Positions 29,633 through 43,529 of a stretch of 64,000 nt of DNA are shown in pieces. The DNA is taken from positions 32,240,001 to 32,304,000 of the forward strand of contig OX597816.1 of the NCBI GenBank assembly GCA_951406725.2, written 5' to 3'. The DNA is from Octopus vulgaris (taxonomy: Eukaryota). The first letter of the stretch is position 1, and each line of letters starts with the position of its first letter. The notes under the pieces were generated by a model, which was not told the origin of the DNA, made no database searches, and worked only from the letters and a program-made list of their open reading frames with translations. The translations under genes were made by a program, and so were the position numbers.

Positions 29633-29674
<42 letters not shown>

Positions 29675-29689
29675 GTCCGCGAGGCTCAT

Positions 29690-30560
29690 AGAGCTTCTGA
29701 TCCTTATCAGCCAAAATCTGAAGCAATTGCGAATTCATGCCAACATCATTATTGAATTTTTCCCATGAAAATAAATAGTAATCTGATGGTGAAGAGTGAT
29801 GACTAGATGATAGATATGATATCCCTTCTCAACCAGGGCTCCATAATTTTTCACGAGTTAGCAAAGGCGTGTTGTCATTTTGGAACACGATTCCTGTAGG
29901 AATTGCCAATTCTGGTAATGTTATTTATTTATTTTTTGCTTCCCTCAGTTTCATTCGCTGTTGACATTAAACATCTGAATTATTTGTTTAGTTCCTTCAA
30001 AGCAGCTGAAAATGCACGACGCGTTTCTAATCCCAACAAATTTGATGCAATTCAGCTCTCAATGTGGTTTCTGCTGGGTTTATTTCGCTTTGGACCACGA
30101 CCGTTTTCGATTGATGTTATTGTAGACAATCTATTTTTCATCACAAGCGATGCTTCGTTTAAAAAAAATGTTCGATTTCAATGCAATTGCGATGTATATC
30201 GTAAATATTGATTCGTTGTGCAAAGTGAATCGCTTTTATTTCAGGCGGAATCCAAAAATAGCGCTTCTTAAGGGGTCCAAGTCATATTAAGTGATTTTCG
30301 ATTTTGTGTGGTACATGTAAACTCTCTGCAATCTGTTTCAAAGTTGTATAACAATCAATTCATTCATCATCAACGGAGGTCGACCAGAATGTTTTCTTTG
30401 AATGAGAAATCTCCAGAAGGGAATTCTTAAAATCACTTCTCACTTCTCATATTAAGCAAACGACACCATAAATTTTTATTTGTCAGTCAGGGGAGTTGTC
30501 TTGCCTTTACAAGAATAAAAAGGCAAAATATGATGGAATTGTACGTTTTAGCACTACATT
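29690..30560 (-). mobile_element. Decayed mariner transposase
   Basis: Minus strand gives N-terminal VQFHHILPFYSCKGK, HSGRP, PELA...IVFQNDN, SPSDYYLF and a C-terminal KFNND...ADKDQK segment. Confidence 0.7.
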
Positions 30561-30737
30561 TTAAAAATAAAACTGAACAGCTGTGAAGTAAATTACGCGC
30601 AGTTTGCTTCTTATGTAATCTAATAGTAAGGCCTATAAAATGTCAAAAGAAAAAAATTTACTTTGAGAAAAGTCATTCTAGAGAAGCGTAACTCTCTCTA
30701 TATATATAAGCATTTAAATATATATATATGTAAGTGC

Positions 30738-30774
<37 letters not shown>

Positions 30775-30779
<5 letters not shown>

Positions 30780-31021
30780 AAATAAGAAAATGGAAGAATA
30801 GATTCCTTTCAATCATCAACTTACAGATAATACCAATTCATATGATTTATTAACTAAGGAATCTATTCCTCCATTTTCTTATTTTGTATTATGAATTTGA
30901 GGTAAAACATTTTACCTTCGCCCATATAATACAATAAGTGAACTAATTGCTTTGGCAGTATATTGGATAAATGATATCCCATAGTGGGTTACACTCATAA
31001 ACCCTATCTCACTTTGTACTT
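30775..31021. mobile_element. Short fold-back insertion between (TA)n tracts
   Basis: 30775-30808 is inverted at 30856-30889 with one mismatch. Confidence 0.75.
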
Positions 31022-31075
31022 ATATATATATATATATATCTATAAAGATGGATAGAAAGATAGATAGAGGTATAG

Positions 31076-31106
<31 letters not shown>

Positions 31107-31110
31107 TATG

Positions 31111-31271
31111 TAGACGCTGGAATGGAATGTGATAAGTAGGTTGCGTACCAATCACATGATTTAGGATTCAGTTCCGCCGCATGGCACTTTGGGCAAGTCG
31201 CAGATGCTATAGGTTCGGGCCGCCCAAATTCGTGTGAGTGGATCTCGTACACGGAAACTCAAAGAAGCTCG

Positions 31272-31313
<42 letters not shown>

Positions 31314-31510
31314 TTGTTTGTCTGTGTTATCCAAGCATCATCTCTTAACAGGTTGGCGTGTTTATATCCCCGTAAATTAGATGTTTAGCAAAAGAGACTG
31401 ATGGAATAAGTACCTGGTTTAGAAAGAATATGTCCTCGTATGAATTTCTTCTACTACAGGCGGTTATCCCAAATGGCTGCAATCAAATGAAGAAAAGAAA
31501 TAAGAGAATA
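31111..31510 (+). mobile_element. Near full-length degenerate SINE family A with internal (TA)n
   Basis: Head, ctttgggcaagt CORE-like motif, TA tract at 31274-31311, then 3' half gtgtttatatccccgtaa...aatcaaatgaagaaaag. Confidence 0.8.
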
Positions 31511-31586
31511 TACATACATACACATGTATATATACATACATACATATATATATATGTATGTATATATATATGTGTGTGTATATAAA

Positions 31587-31635
<49 letters not shown>

Positions 31636-31868
31636 GAATATATATATATACATACATATATGTATATATACATACATATATATATATATATACGTTTAAA
31701 TATTTGTTGTGCAAGATTTTTTATGTGTAGTCGTGTGTTGAAACAAATATTGTTATATTTTGGAATGGTCATATTGCCAGTTTAGCCAATAAAAACACAC
31801 GCGCTATATATTTGGTGTTATTTTGCTTCAGTGTTATTTATTTTTTACATTAATCTTAATCTTATTTC

Positions 31869-31913
31869 GGCCAGAGTTCTTTCGTCACACTCCTGTGACC
31901 TCTTCAGTGGTCC
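31869..31913 (-). ncRNA. Hammerhead motif in the inverted pseudo-LTR (canonical CUGAAGA core)
   Basis: Minus strand ggacca-CTGAAGA-g-gtcaca ggag tgtgac-GAAA-gaac-TC-tggcc. Confidence 0.7.
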
Positions 31914-32356
31914 TTTGTTTTCTTCTTTCTTATTTGTGTCTCTTCTTACTAACCGTCAGCCATTTTGTATTTCTATTGTATGTCTTTATTTGCGCATGCG
32001 TATACCTCTATGTGCGTCTATGTTTATTTAGTGTGTGTATGTGGGGGGATGCCTGTAATATTTGTTATCTTCTGTTTATATATGTTAATGTAATTTGTAT
32101 TTTTTTAATGTTGTTTTGTTTATTCTTATTTTGTTCATGTGTTTACATCCACTTATTATTATCATTACATATGCTTGTATGTATGTATGTATGTATAACA
32201 ACAATACTAGTAATAATGATATTAAATCGAATCGAAAAAAAATATATATATAGTTATTTATTTCAATTTGTTTATTTATATGTGTATTTATTATGTTTTC
32301 GGGATCCTTTATCGTCATATGTTTTGGTGTGCGCTAGTGCTCCATTCTAGTTTTCT

Positions 32357-34190
32357 TTTCGCAAGGACCATAAAGTAATTACTGACCCTATAACAGGACC
32401 ACCAAGAAGACCAGTCTGTGGAGCGAATATCGCTAGCAATTACAGAATCTCCTACTTCCTCTCAATGATCATACGCCCTATAATCCGGATGTCACCTGAT
32501 GTTTGTGACAGCACAGATCTCTTCTGCAGGATTAATGACTGTAACAACACTTGTGACCTGACAGGATGTATGGTGGGTAGCATGAATGTGGTATCCCTTT
32601 ACCCATCGATCGACGTAGACTTTGCGGTGGAGAAGTGCCTGGAGATGATCAATGAGAGCCAGGTGGAGTTTCGTAATGTCAACACAGAAGAACTGGGCCT
32701 CCTACTTAGACTGACATGTAATAATGAATACTTAGATTAACATAATCTTAGTAGTTTCTGCACCAGTAGATGTTTAAAAGGTAGACCGCCCACAATTACT
32801 TCTATGGCTAGGAAGACACATATAGAAAGATGGCGCAGATAGACCAGAGCCATACGGAGCCCCGCAAATGTCCATCAGATAAAGAAAATGATCGCACATG
32901 CACTAGGAGCTAGTATAAGAGTTACCCTAAAAGGCCACACATTTAAGTTTAATAATAAAATATATGCCCAGGACAAGGGGCAGCCATCGGCGTTAGTATC
33001 GCTGGTGATGTGTCCAACCTTTTCATGGTATGGTGGGACAGAAGGCTTAAAGAACGCCTAACACAGAACTCCATACTCGTAAACATGTACTCTCGCTATG
33101 TTGATGATATCAACATAGTGGTAAGGGTACCCCCACAAGAGAGTAATGTTGATATAGTAATAGAAACTAATACTATGGAGAGCATCCAGCAAATAGCTAA
33201 CTCCATCCACCAGAGTATTATGGTCACAATAGACTACCCAACTAAACACTTCAACCATAGACTACCAGTACTAGACACTGAACTCTGGCTAGAAATTGTG
33301 AATAATAAAACCCAAATCCTTCATTCATACTATGCCAAACGTATGGCCTCAAAATACTTGATCCACCGGAACTCCACCATTGCGGACAATGCCAAATTCA
33401 ATATTTTGATGGCAGACCTCGTCAGAATAATGAGAAATGTGTCACGCATGTGCGAGCCCACAGAGTTAAAGAGACACATACAATATTTCATTCACCGCAT
33501 TCAGTTACAGCCATAAAGAAAGGATCAGAGTATACAAAGGAGTCATGAAGAAATTTGACAATGTATTATGTAATGATAGGAATGGGATTTGCCCACCCTA
33601 TAGGAACAAGTCATGGAACACTATAGAAAGGACAAAAAAGAAAATAAGGAAGGCCAACTCTTGGTATGATAGACATAAATACCAGAGTGTCATGTTCGTT
33701 GACACCACCGCTAGAATTGAATTGGCGTACCGCTTTAGAATGACCCTAGACAAACTTAAGCTAAGAATTAAGATTGTTGAAAAGCCAGGCAACCCTATCA
33801 AATCTATAATTGGTAAAGCCTATCCTTTTAGTAGAACCCCCTGTACGGATAAGTACTGTACTGTATGTAGATTTAGCCCACAAACAAACTGTAAAGCCAT
33901 AAATGTAGTGTATAGTATAAGATGTATAGAGGGACGATGCAGTAACAAGACAATGACATACGTAGGGGAAACGGCAAGAAGCATAAGAGAACGGGTAAAT
34001 GATAATATTGGAGACAACTCAAGGAAGGTAAAAGCTCATCGATTCTGTACCAACACGCCGAACAGGAACACGGGGGATCAATCAATAACATAGAAATTAA
34101 AATATTGCCCACACATAGAACAGATGCAACAATTAGACAAATTACACCAGCTACACACATAATAGAAGTAAACCTAGCCTGAATAGAAAA
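32357..34190 (+). pseudogene. PLE reverse transcriptase plus GIY-YIG endonuclease, disrupted by stops and frameshifts
   Basis: RKDHK...PRRPVCG, SMNVVSLYPSI, AIGVSIAGDVSNLFM, RYVDD, LPVLD, CTDKYCTVC, NVVYSIRC...YVGETARSIRER. Confidence 0.92.
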
Positions 34191-34284
34191 CTAGAATGGA
34201 GCACTAGCTCACACCAAAACATATGATGATAGAGGATCCCGAAAACATAATAAATACACAGATAAATAAACAGATTGAAATAAA

Positions 34285-34328
<44 letters not shown>

Positions 34329-34684
34329 TTTTCGATTCGACTTTTTTTTTCGATTCGATTTATTATTATTATTAATAGTATTGTTGTTATACCTACATAC
34401 ATACATACATGCAAGCATATGTAATGATAATAATAAGTGGATGTAAACACATGAACAAAATAAGAATAAACAAAAACAAAAAAAAACAAGAAGAAAAATA
34501 CAAATTACATGAATATATATAAACAGAAGATAACAAATATTACAGGCATCCCCCCACATACACACACTAAATAAACATAGACGCACATAGAGATATACGC
34601 ATGCGCAAATGAAGACATACAATAGAAATACAAAATGCCTGACGGTTAGTAAGGAGAGACACAAATAAGAAAGAAGAAAACAAA

Positions 34685-34729
34685 GGACCACTGATGCGGT
34701 CACAGGAGTGTGACGAAAGAACTCTGGCC
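34685..34729 (+). ncRNA. Hammerhead motif in the 3' pseudo-LTR, core mutated (CUGAUGC)
   Basis: ggacca-CTGATGC-ggtcacaggagtgtgac-GAAA-gaac-TC-tggcc. Confidence 0.6.
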
Positions 34730-34843
34730 GAAATAAGATTAAGATTAATGTAAAAAATTAATAACACTGAAGCAAAATAACACTAAATATATAGTGCGTG
34801 TGTTTTTATTGGCTATACTGGCAATATGACCATTCCGAAAAAT

Positions 34844-34883
<40 letters not shown>

Positions 34884-34918
34884 GTGTATGTATATGTGTA
34901 TGTATATGTGTATGTATA

Positions 34919-34973
<55 letters not shown>

Positions 34974-35096
34974 TATATATATGTCTATATATATGTATAT
35001 ATGTATATATATATATATACATATATACATATTTATAGACATATATGTATGAATATATATATATATGTATGTATATATATATAGACACATATACAT

Positions 35097-35161
<65 letters not shown>

Positions 35162-35805
35162 CATATATATATGCAATATATGCATATGCATATCTCCATG
35201 TATGTACGTTTAAGGATTAAGAATGTTTGTGCTTTTGATAGTAATGTTGTAATGGCTACATGTATTTACTAAATGTTTTTTGTATTTTGGTATATGTGTG
35301 TATTAGAATACGTGCGTGTGTATGTGTATTTGTATGAATATATGTGTGAGAGTGTGTGCGCGCGCGTACATGTAGAACATTGAATCAATAATCACGCACC
35401 ATGTTAGAAATATTTTTGTCTTTTTCTTACGTTCAAATCTATTTTATGAATATGTCATTTCAGTGCATTTGTGTTATTCCATGATTTATTGAAAATTATT
35501 CTCAAACATAATGCATTAAAAATCATTGATCACTTGTTTTCCACCCACCATTATCCGGATTTTTACGTTTGGTCTGTAATTTCAAAACGAAATTTATCAA
35601 ATATATGCATATGGAATTATGATTTTTTTTCTACACATATCGTAGAAACATGAGTAACATAAGTATACGTGTGCGCGCATTCGCGTGTTCGTGTGTTTCC
35701 GTGTGTGTACGTGTGTATGCTTCCATATGGGCATATCAATACATGCACATATATACATGAAAATATATTTAAACAAGTATATGCATAAGTATATATATAA
35801 ATATG

Positions 35806-35860
<55 letters not shown>

Positions 35861-35905
35861 ATATTCATATATATATATATACATAAGTATATAAATATAA
35901 ATATG

Positions 35906-35942
<37 letters not shown>

Positions 35943-35961
35943 GTATATATATATATATATT

Positions 35962-36023
<62 letters not shown>

Positions 36024-36094
36024 GAATATATCTGTGAGTTTGTGTAGTTACGTCAGCCTGAGGTTACATTCATATATACATACACATAGACACC

Positions 36095-36125
<31 letters not shown>

Positions 36126-38349
36126 TTTACAGATTCTCGTGCGCACACACACATGTACACATACACACACACACAAACGCACATGTATATGTTTAGAGAG
36201 TGTGAGAGCAGGAGAGAACTTGCCTTCAAATATTGATGCAATGTTTTATTCAAACGTAATTTATTCTTCTTTACGTTAGTGTTAGTTAATTCAGTGTACT
36301 CACGAATTTGATTAATTCAAGTAGGAGCACTTATACTCAACTGAATCAATGCAGCATTTTATAATTTTTTTTACCTATTTTATTGATTTCTGGATGTGTG
36401 AATTAGAAATCCAAAATCAGCAAAAAGTTACCACAAATATTAGACGATAATAATTTCTATTTGGCATTTAGCCTTATGATCAACTGGTATGCCAAATAGC
36501 CCACGACTGTAACGTCAATATTTTATGCTGATTCATGGGAGTTTAAAAAATACAAAACTATGACGGTATACTTCACTATCTAATCCTTCTTTCACATAGT
36601 AATGCTTCTCTTGCAACTGAACAGATCAACTGGGAGAAATATTAGGGATCTCATACATTCTTTTAGATATGATTACGTTATCTGCGTTAAGTGATTGACT
36701 TCTGAAATCGTATAATGCATTGACGTAATGAATCAATGAATTATACCCTTTGTAAAGTAAATGATACCAATGTAATGGCCGGGAATGACAGCTAGGTATA
36801 TAGAAGGAGGTACAGGATAATTATCATAAAGTGTGGGTATACTTCTGCATGTTTGTGCTAGGGGAGATAGTCTTTGTGTGTGTGAAATGATTGAGTAAGT
36901 GAGTGAGTGTGTGTGTATGTGTGCGTCTCAGCGAGGAGATCATATTCATTGTTATTGCCATACATCTACGCTTCCGTTGTCCTGGCCATATAAAATGGCG
37001 CAGAACTGTGTTCGAAAACTTTTGGTCTTCCGTTCTTTACTTTGTCTATTAAAACATTCTCCAACACTTCTGTGTAGACCGCATTCTTTCTAGTCAAATG
37101 AAACATAAACCGTTCTCCTTTGCATTAACTACGACTTGATCGAGATTTTTTAATAATTAATTTGGTATTATTACTGTTCCCTAATATGTTTTCTTGCTTC
37201 CTTCTGAACACCCTTTACAATTTTGTAACATTTTTGTTCTGCAAAGGAAGCAATAAAAATAGCGCATATTCAACTGTACACAGGGACATGTTTTCGGTAT
37301 TTGGCTGCGAATAAAATCAGAAATGTCTCCTTAATATTGTGGTTTCACAAAACTGCTGGTTTTAGTATTCAAAGTTTTTCTATCTATAGTTATTTTTAAC
37401 GTTAAAAAAAAACTTTTTGTAATATTTTCTTGTGTTGTTAATTCTAGTTTTGTACTAATGAGACCTTGAACAAGTCCTGTACGTCTAGATATTTAGTTCC
37501 AGAATAATAGTTGTGTACGCAACTATTATGCTGGTTCATTCTAAACTCTTTTGCTATGGTTCCGAATAATCTTGGGTTGTTTTTATCGATTATTTATTTT
37601 CCTTAACTTTTTGTGGAATATTATTTTATCTGATGTTATTAGGACCTTGTGCATGAGTGTTTTGCTTTGTTGATAATACTGGATCTCATCAGTTGTTTCC
37701 AATATATTTCGCACTTTGTCTACGAAGTATCGCGTAAACTTTCATGAAGTGAGTTATCTCTGCATCTCTGTGGTACCCATTGAAGTGAACGATTGTATGT
37801 TATTTATTTGCTGTGTCAACCTGATGTCTACCATTTTTCATCAAAGTAACGTTTTTATGTCGTCTGTCTTGTGATCCACTTGTGATATTTATATATATAC
37901 ATATATACTTTGATACTTTGATAGGTTTCGGCCATTATTGGCCCAGGCCATGTCTAACTTAATAGCACCACCTGGTGAAGTCTTTCAAGTCAGAATTTGG
38001 GCACTATGGCCCACTCAAGTAGAGAGTTATTGTTTACAGAGACATATCCGGGTGTAGGAGGTTTATCCGGGATTTCTTGAAGGAATCTGTCCAAAGACTT
38101 CTTGAACCCTATAGGGTCAGTTTCTGTTTTAATGTGTTTTGGTGTAATGTTAAAGAGAGCGGGGCCAATTGAGGTGAAATAATTGTGCCGTATTGTTGTT
38201 ATGAGATGAGAGTGCGATTTTTGTTTTGGGCGGATGGCACGGGGCCCAAGCCTTGGATGTACCTTAATGGTGATGCCAACATCATTTGGGCAATGCTGAT
38301 GGAATATTTTTCACATCATGCAGATGATGTAGCGCTCATAAATATATAA

Positions 38350-38426
<77 letters not shown>

Positions 38427-41400
38427 CACACGCACATATAATTAATAACTTTAAACCTGCGTATAACCTGGTTGTATGCTATTTAAAAGACGTTCGCTGT
38501 CTTCGCGTACCTGATGTCATCAAGCGGCATGGATATAAGTACCACAGGACTTGGATCAGGAATTCGTTCGTTGTCGTCGATTATATATCATCTGCGACAA
38601 ACAGGAAAAGTTATTAACGGAATTATTTATTTAAGACTACGAATACTTCGGTCTATCTTGCATCCGTCTTTCACGGTTGATATTCTGTAGAATTTATTAT
38701 GTGCGTCGTTTACTGGAGTCGTCAGTGTCATTTCAAATGGCCATATTTCGTTTGCTAAACCTTGTTTCCTTTGGTACGATTATTGCTCATTTCCTTATGT
38801 ACCTTTTGCAGTTTGCATACAAGGAAGATCATGGTTTGGAATGACTTTGAATGAAGTACTGTTCTTTTCATTGGTAATGAGCCTACTTACAATTAATCAT
38901 AATTAAAATCAGTATATATGTATCAAATATAATAAAGAAAATAAAATTTGCATATGTATACAATGAGTAGGTTAATAAAGTACTATGCTTTCGTTGGTAA
39001 AGATATACATGAAATAAAGCCATAAAGGCATAGGACTGCCAAGTATTATACGAAGAGAGAAAACGAAACGACACGATGGAACTTTTAGGTAGTTATTGGT
39101 GACTATAGTATATTATGTATTGAAGATATATAATGTATGGAAGTATGTACGTAGCTATGACTGTATATATGCCTGTACGTATGGATGGATGTACTATGCA
39201 TCTATGTGTCCATGGGATCAGTAGGTATGATTTTATGTATATGTATATTTGTATGCACATATTCATCCATTTGTGTTTTTTTTGCCGACGAAATAATCGA
39301 ATAAGAAAATATTTAGAAAATAACTGCCATTGCAGTCATGCTGTATATTTGATCTTCCCTCTGACATCTCACTCTAGTTTCTGCAGACAATCAGGGAACT
39401 AGATAAATTTCGGTTAAAGCATTTGAACATCATCTGTTATTCAAAACAAAGCGTTATTTTTTTTAATTTTTTTATTTTTTACTCCATGTAATGTTTCTTA
39501 TGAAACTAGCATTTGTTCCAATATCTTGTATTTTCGCAAATCCGCCGACTGGATTTGTACTATCGATTTCGAAGGTATTAAGCGCATATCCCTTCTCGGC
39601 GAGATTCATACTGATAAGGATGGAAGTCGGAGAAATATCGTAGGTGTTCTATGTTCTAGCGACTCTTCGAACACGCTGGTTCCTTTTCCAATCACTTTTA
39701 CTAATCAAGTAATGTTTCTTATGGAACTGGCAGTTAGTTTAAGAATCGCTCCGATACGTTTGCCTTTTACTCATTGTTTATGTCTTTATTTACACATAAA
39801 CTTTATATTCAATATAAACAATTTATATCTCACACTTTATCACAACCTAGAAATAAATTCAAACAGCATCACAACAATAAAACAACAACAATGAGGAACA
39901 TGATGACAGGAGCAAAAATAGATAATCACAAAATTCACAGAGTTAATACTGAATATGAATATGAAAGAAGGAAAATAAGTTCATGACGTATTTCTCGAAA
40001 CTTGTTGATGATGATGATGATCATGATGATGATCATCATGACGACGACGACAACGAGGATGATCATGATGTTGATGAAGAGGACGATGATTACTATAATA
40101 ACTAGAATGGCAAAAGCAAGTGGTTGTGATATTGTTCATAATTATAACAAAAAAATAATATGAACAGCGATGATAACAACAGGAACATGAAGAATGCAAT
40201 CTCTCTATACATAAAAGATAATACTTAATTTCTTCGTCAAAGCTGTGACAACTTTGATTGTTGAAACAACTTTAAATTGTGAAAATAAATCCTTATCGAG
40301 AGACAGGTCTGACAAATAACCTGATTAATAATGACAACCTTTATTATACATAACATTTATTTACTATTAATCTCTCACTTGATGTGTAAGGTTTTGCAAT
40401 GCACTTTGATAGGTAATTTTTCTATTTAAACTATGTACAACGCATCTGACGTTGGTGATCTAACTTAAGTGAAAATTGTAGGAGAATTATGTGTGTGAGA
40501 GTGTATGGGTATATACATATATGTATGTGTGTGTATTTGTGTGTATGTGTGTGCGTGGTGTATGTGTGAGTGCGTGTGTGTGTTTATGAGTGTGTAAGAT
40601 GATGTTGAAATATGACATCCAAAGTGCCTTATCTTACTGCAGAACGGATCACTCAAGTTGGCGAGGGTGAACATAAGATTTAATTTTTTGTGAGGAGTTA
40701 ATCTGTGTTCAACTGAGATTGTGGAAGTTTAGAAATGTAGACGCAAATCAAACACTCGGACTAAATTTATTCAAGTGAAAATTCTCAACTAAAAAGAACT
40801 CAAAATGTCATTTGGGAGTGTTAAGGCTGGTGAGAGATTAATTATATCGCTATCAATGAATGACCGGGTAGGATGGGAACTTAGAATGCACGCATTTGTT
40901 CCAATATCTTACATTTTCGCAAATGCGCCGACTGGATTTGTATTATGCTATCGATGTCTAAAGTATTAAGCGCATAGCCCTCCTCGGAGCGATTTATACT
41001 GAGAAGGAAGGAAGTCGGAGAAATATCGTAGGTGTTCTATATTCTAGCGAATCTACGGACACACTGGTTAATTTTTCAATCACTTTTACTAATCAAGGGT
41101 TGAATGTGTGTTTATTTTACCAACTGAGGATCGTAAGAATTGTGAAAGGCCGAAGCTCAGTTAATTCATCTAGTTGAAGATTTTAAATTTTAAGTATTGA
41201 AAATGTAGTACTTGATAGACATAAATGCCTGACGATGATGACGGGTAAGATTTTCTTCCTAGATCAGTTCATTTACCAAATACCTAGAGGTAAAGAAGAG
41301 AAGCACTGGTATTGCAGTTCTCTACATCATTACAAAGAACAACTACATTGATATTCATATTTACATTAAAATTCATTTACTATCATCATTAAAATTAGAA

Positions 41401-43529
41401 TGAAACAAGCAGAGTGCCAGATACACAGTATTCGAGAACAGGGTGGGATAGTATTTCTTGCGAATATTAGAATGACCAGAGTATCAACTTTCACTACTAT
41501 AGAAACAGCACTTATAATCATCATCTCCATGGCATTGAGGTTCGCAATGTTGTAAATATCAGCATCTCTGAGTATTAGTTTAACCATTATTATTAGCCAA
41601 CATTGCAATGAACTTTGATGTTTTCGTCCTGGTCGTCGTCGTTGTTATCGCCATCATCATCATTATTTTCATTTGCAGCTGTAGTTGAATTTGCATAAAC
41701 ATCGTCCGCATCATGAAAATCACAAACATCATCACTATCATCCTATTTGTCGTCGTCGTCATCATCATCATCATCATCGAAATCACCATCGCCTGTCTAC
41801 TAAATTCATCTCAATATGTGACTAGCACGTTATTTGCTCGACCCCGGAAGGAAGGATTTGAAATATTATTTCGACAGGATTTGAACTGAAAACAAGAGCA
41901 CACTAGGGAATGCCTTTGGTTGTAGAGTTTTTTTTATTTTCTTATTTTTAGAAGGGATTGGAATGTGATCCTACTGGGGCCATTCGTTTAACTTATATTT
42001 GATCACATCGAACTTCCATTTAATCTCTCAATATTATAGGCTATATATCTTTACCCCTTAAAATAAATAACGTTTAATAATATTTCATTTGATACTGTAA
42101 TACAATGCATTTCAGTGGAAGTCGACTGGTGAGAGCCCAAATTACATTTGTCTGTTTATCAAATTCAAATAAGCAAGTTTTTTTTTTCGAATGACATAAA
42201 GTTTTCAAGATGCACGTATCTAGTGCAGATGTTAGATATCGCGTTTAAAACGTTTGTGCAGTTTTTGATTTAAGAAAGATGTATATTCTTTCAGTGGTAG
42301 ACATCCTCAAATTTAGTGACCTGTTGATGTGAGGTCCCATGTCCCTAAAATCTCCCAATAGACGCTGTGTATCGGGTTTTAAATGTCGACATCATTATGT
42401 GCGATTTTGAAAAATATCTACTAGTTATCGTTTTGTGTATTTATTTATTGAGAAGCTACTTTTACTTATTTACAGGAAAGGAGACAACCTTAGCTTCAGG
42501 ATGACTGAACTCTTCGTGTATGGTGGTCTATTAAGCATGTATCTGGATTCCTGAAGTAGAAGTCTGGAGTGGTCAGTTTTCTTATTACAGCCTCAGGTGT
42601 ACGAAACTTTCAGGGAATATCCATTCGCCATTTTCTGATAACTATATTTCTGTTTATCTTCGTTAAATTTCCTATATCCATACATACATGAAGAATAGGG
42701 CAAACGACATGACTTACCCAGGAATAATTTTAGCTTTACTTTTTTTGTTTCGCTCACAGCGTATGCCTCAGTTGGTCAGGTCATTCTTGTTGACATTCGC
42801 AGTGTTGTAAATATCAGCATCTCTGAGCATTAGTTTAACCATCATTATCAACCATAATTGCAATGAACTTTGCTTTTTTCGTTCTCCTCGTCTATGTCGT
42901 TGTTATTGCCATCATCATCATCATCATTATTACCATTAGCAGTAGTAGCTGAATTTGCACTAACGTAAATTTGCAATCAATAATGTTATTTCTTATTCTA
43001 TATGGTCGCATTATCAAACGTGCGTTCCAAGGAAGACAGGTCAAGCGTCATATTACTAGCGTTAGCTTGAGATTTCTAGAGAGAAAAAAATTATGGAAGC
43101 TACAGAACACCCAGCATACGTTTAATACTTGTTTTCTGGTTGGCCTTGTACTGTATATATTTAGGTACTGTATATATTTAATCAAATATAAACTGTCCTT
43201 CAAAACTTTAAAGCTAGAACACTGTCTGCTTTGTCTGGCAAAATTTACTATTTATATTCATGAAATTCACCTCAAGATAGAAAATGGAATAAATGAAGGC
43301 ATTGCAATATTCAAATTTAATGTAATTCAAAAATAAATTAGAAAATAATTCAAAACCTCATACATAGCCAGAAACCTCCTTTCTAGAACTGTAACGCGTG
43401 CTCGGACAATGTTGCAAAAATAATCCAAAACATGCGAATTATAATATATTTCAATAAGATTCTCATGCAATATATCAGCAATAGTGTGTCGGACCACCAG
43501 CTTTCTAAATTGATTCAAGTACACGCGAA

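Larger units (their letters stand above)
28882..29633 (+). mobile_element. ORF-less 352-bp tandem unit with hammerheads and a 5' inverted arm, in (TA)n
   Basis: 29072 onward repeats at 29424 onward (period 352); 28882-29068 is the inverse of about 29143-29323; TA tracts on both sides. Confidence 0.9.
31692..34850 (+). mobile_element. 5'-truncated Penelope-like retroelement with inverted pseudo-LTR, inserted in TA-rich microsatellite
   Basis: 31747-32356 is the inverse of 34185-34850; RT plus GIY-YIG lie between; hammerhead motif in both arms. Confidence 0.92.

Noticed and set aside
28686-29691. Three ORFs sharing RIKDAVMVSSLSGD
   Set aside because: Produced by the 352-bp tandem and inverted unit; they start at non-ATG or arbitrary codons and have no known motif
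32357-34190. Selenocysteine-recoded PLE ORF (as reported for some Naiad elements)
   Set aside because: The interruptions I checked are TAA, TAG and frameshifts, not in-frame TGA at Cys positions
37905-38340. Possible LINE RT remnant (HADDVALI)
   Set aside because: Only one motif is readable; too degenerate to call
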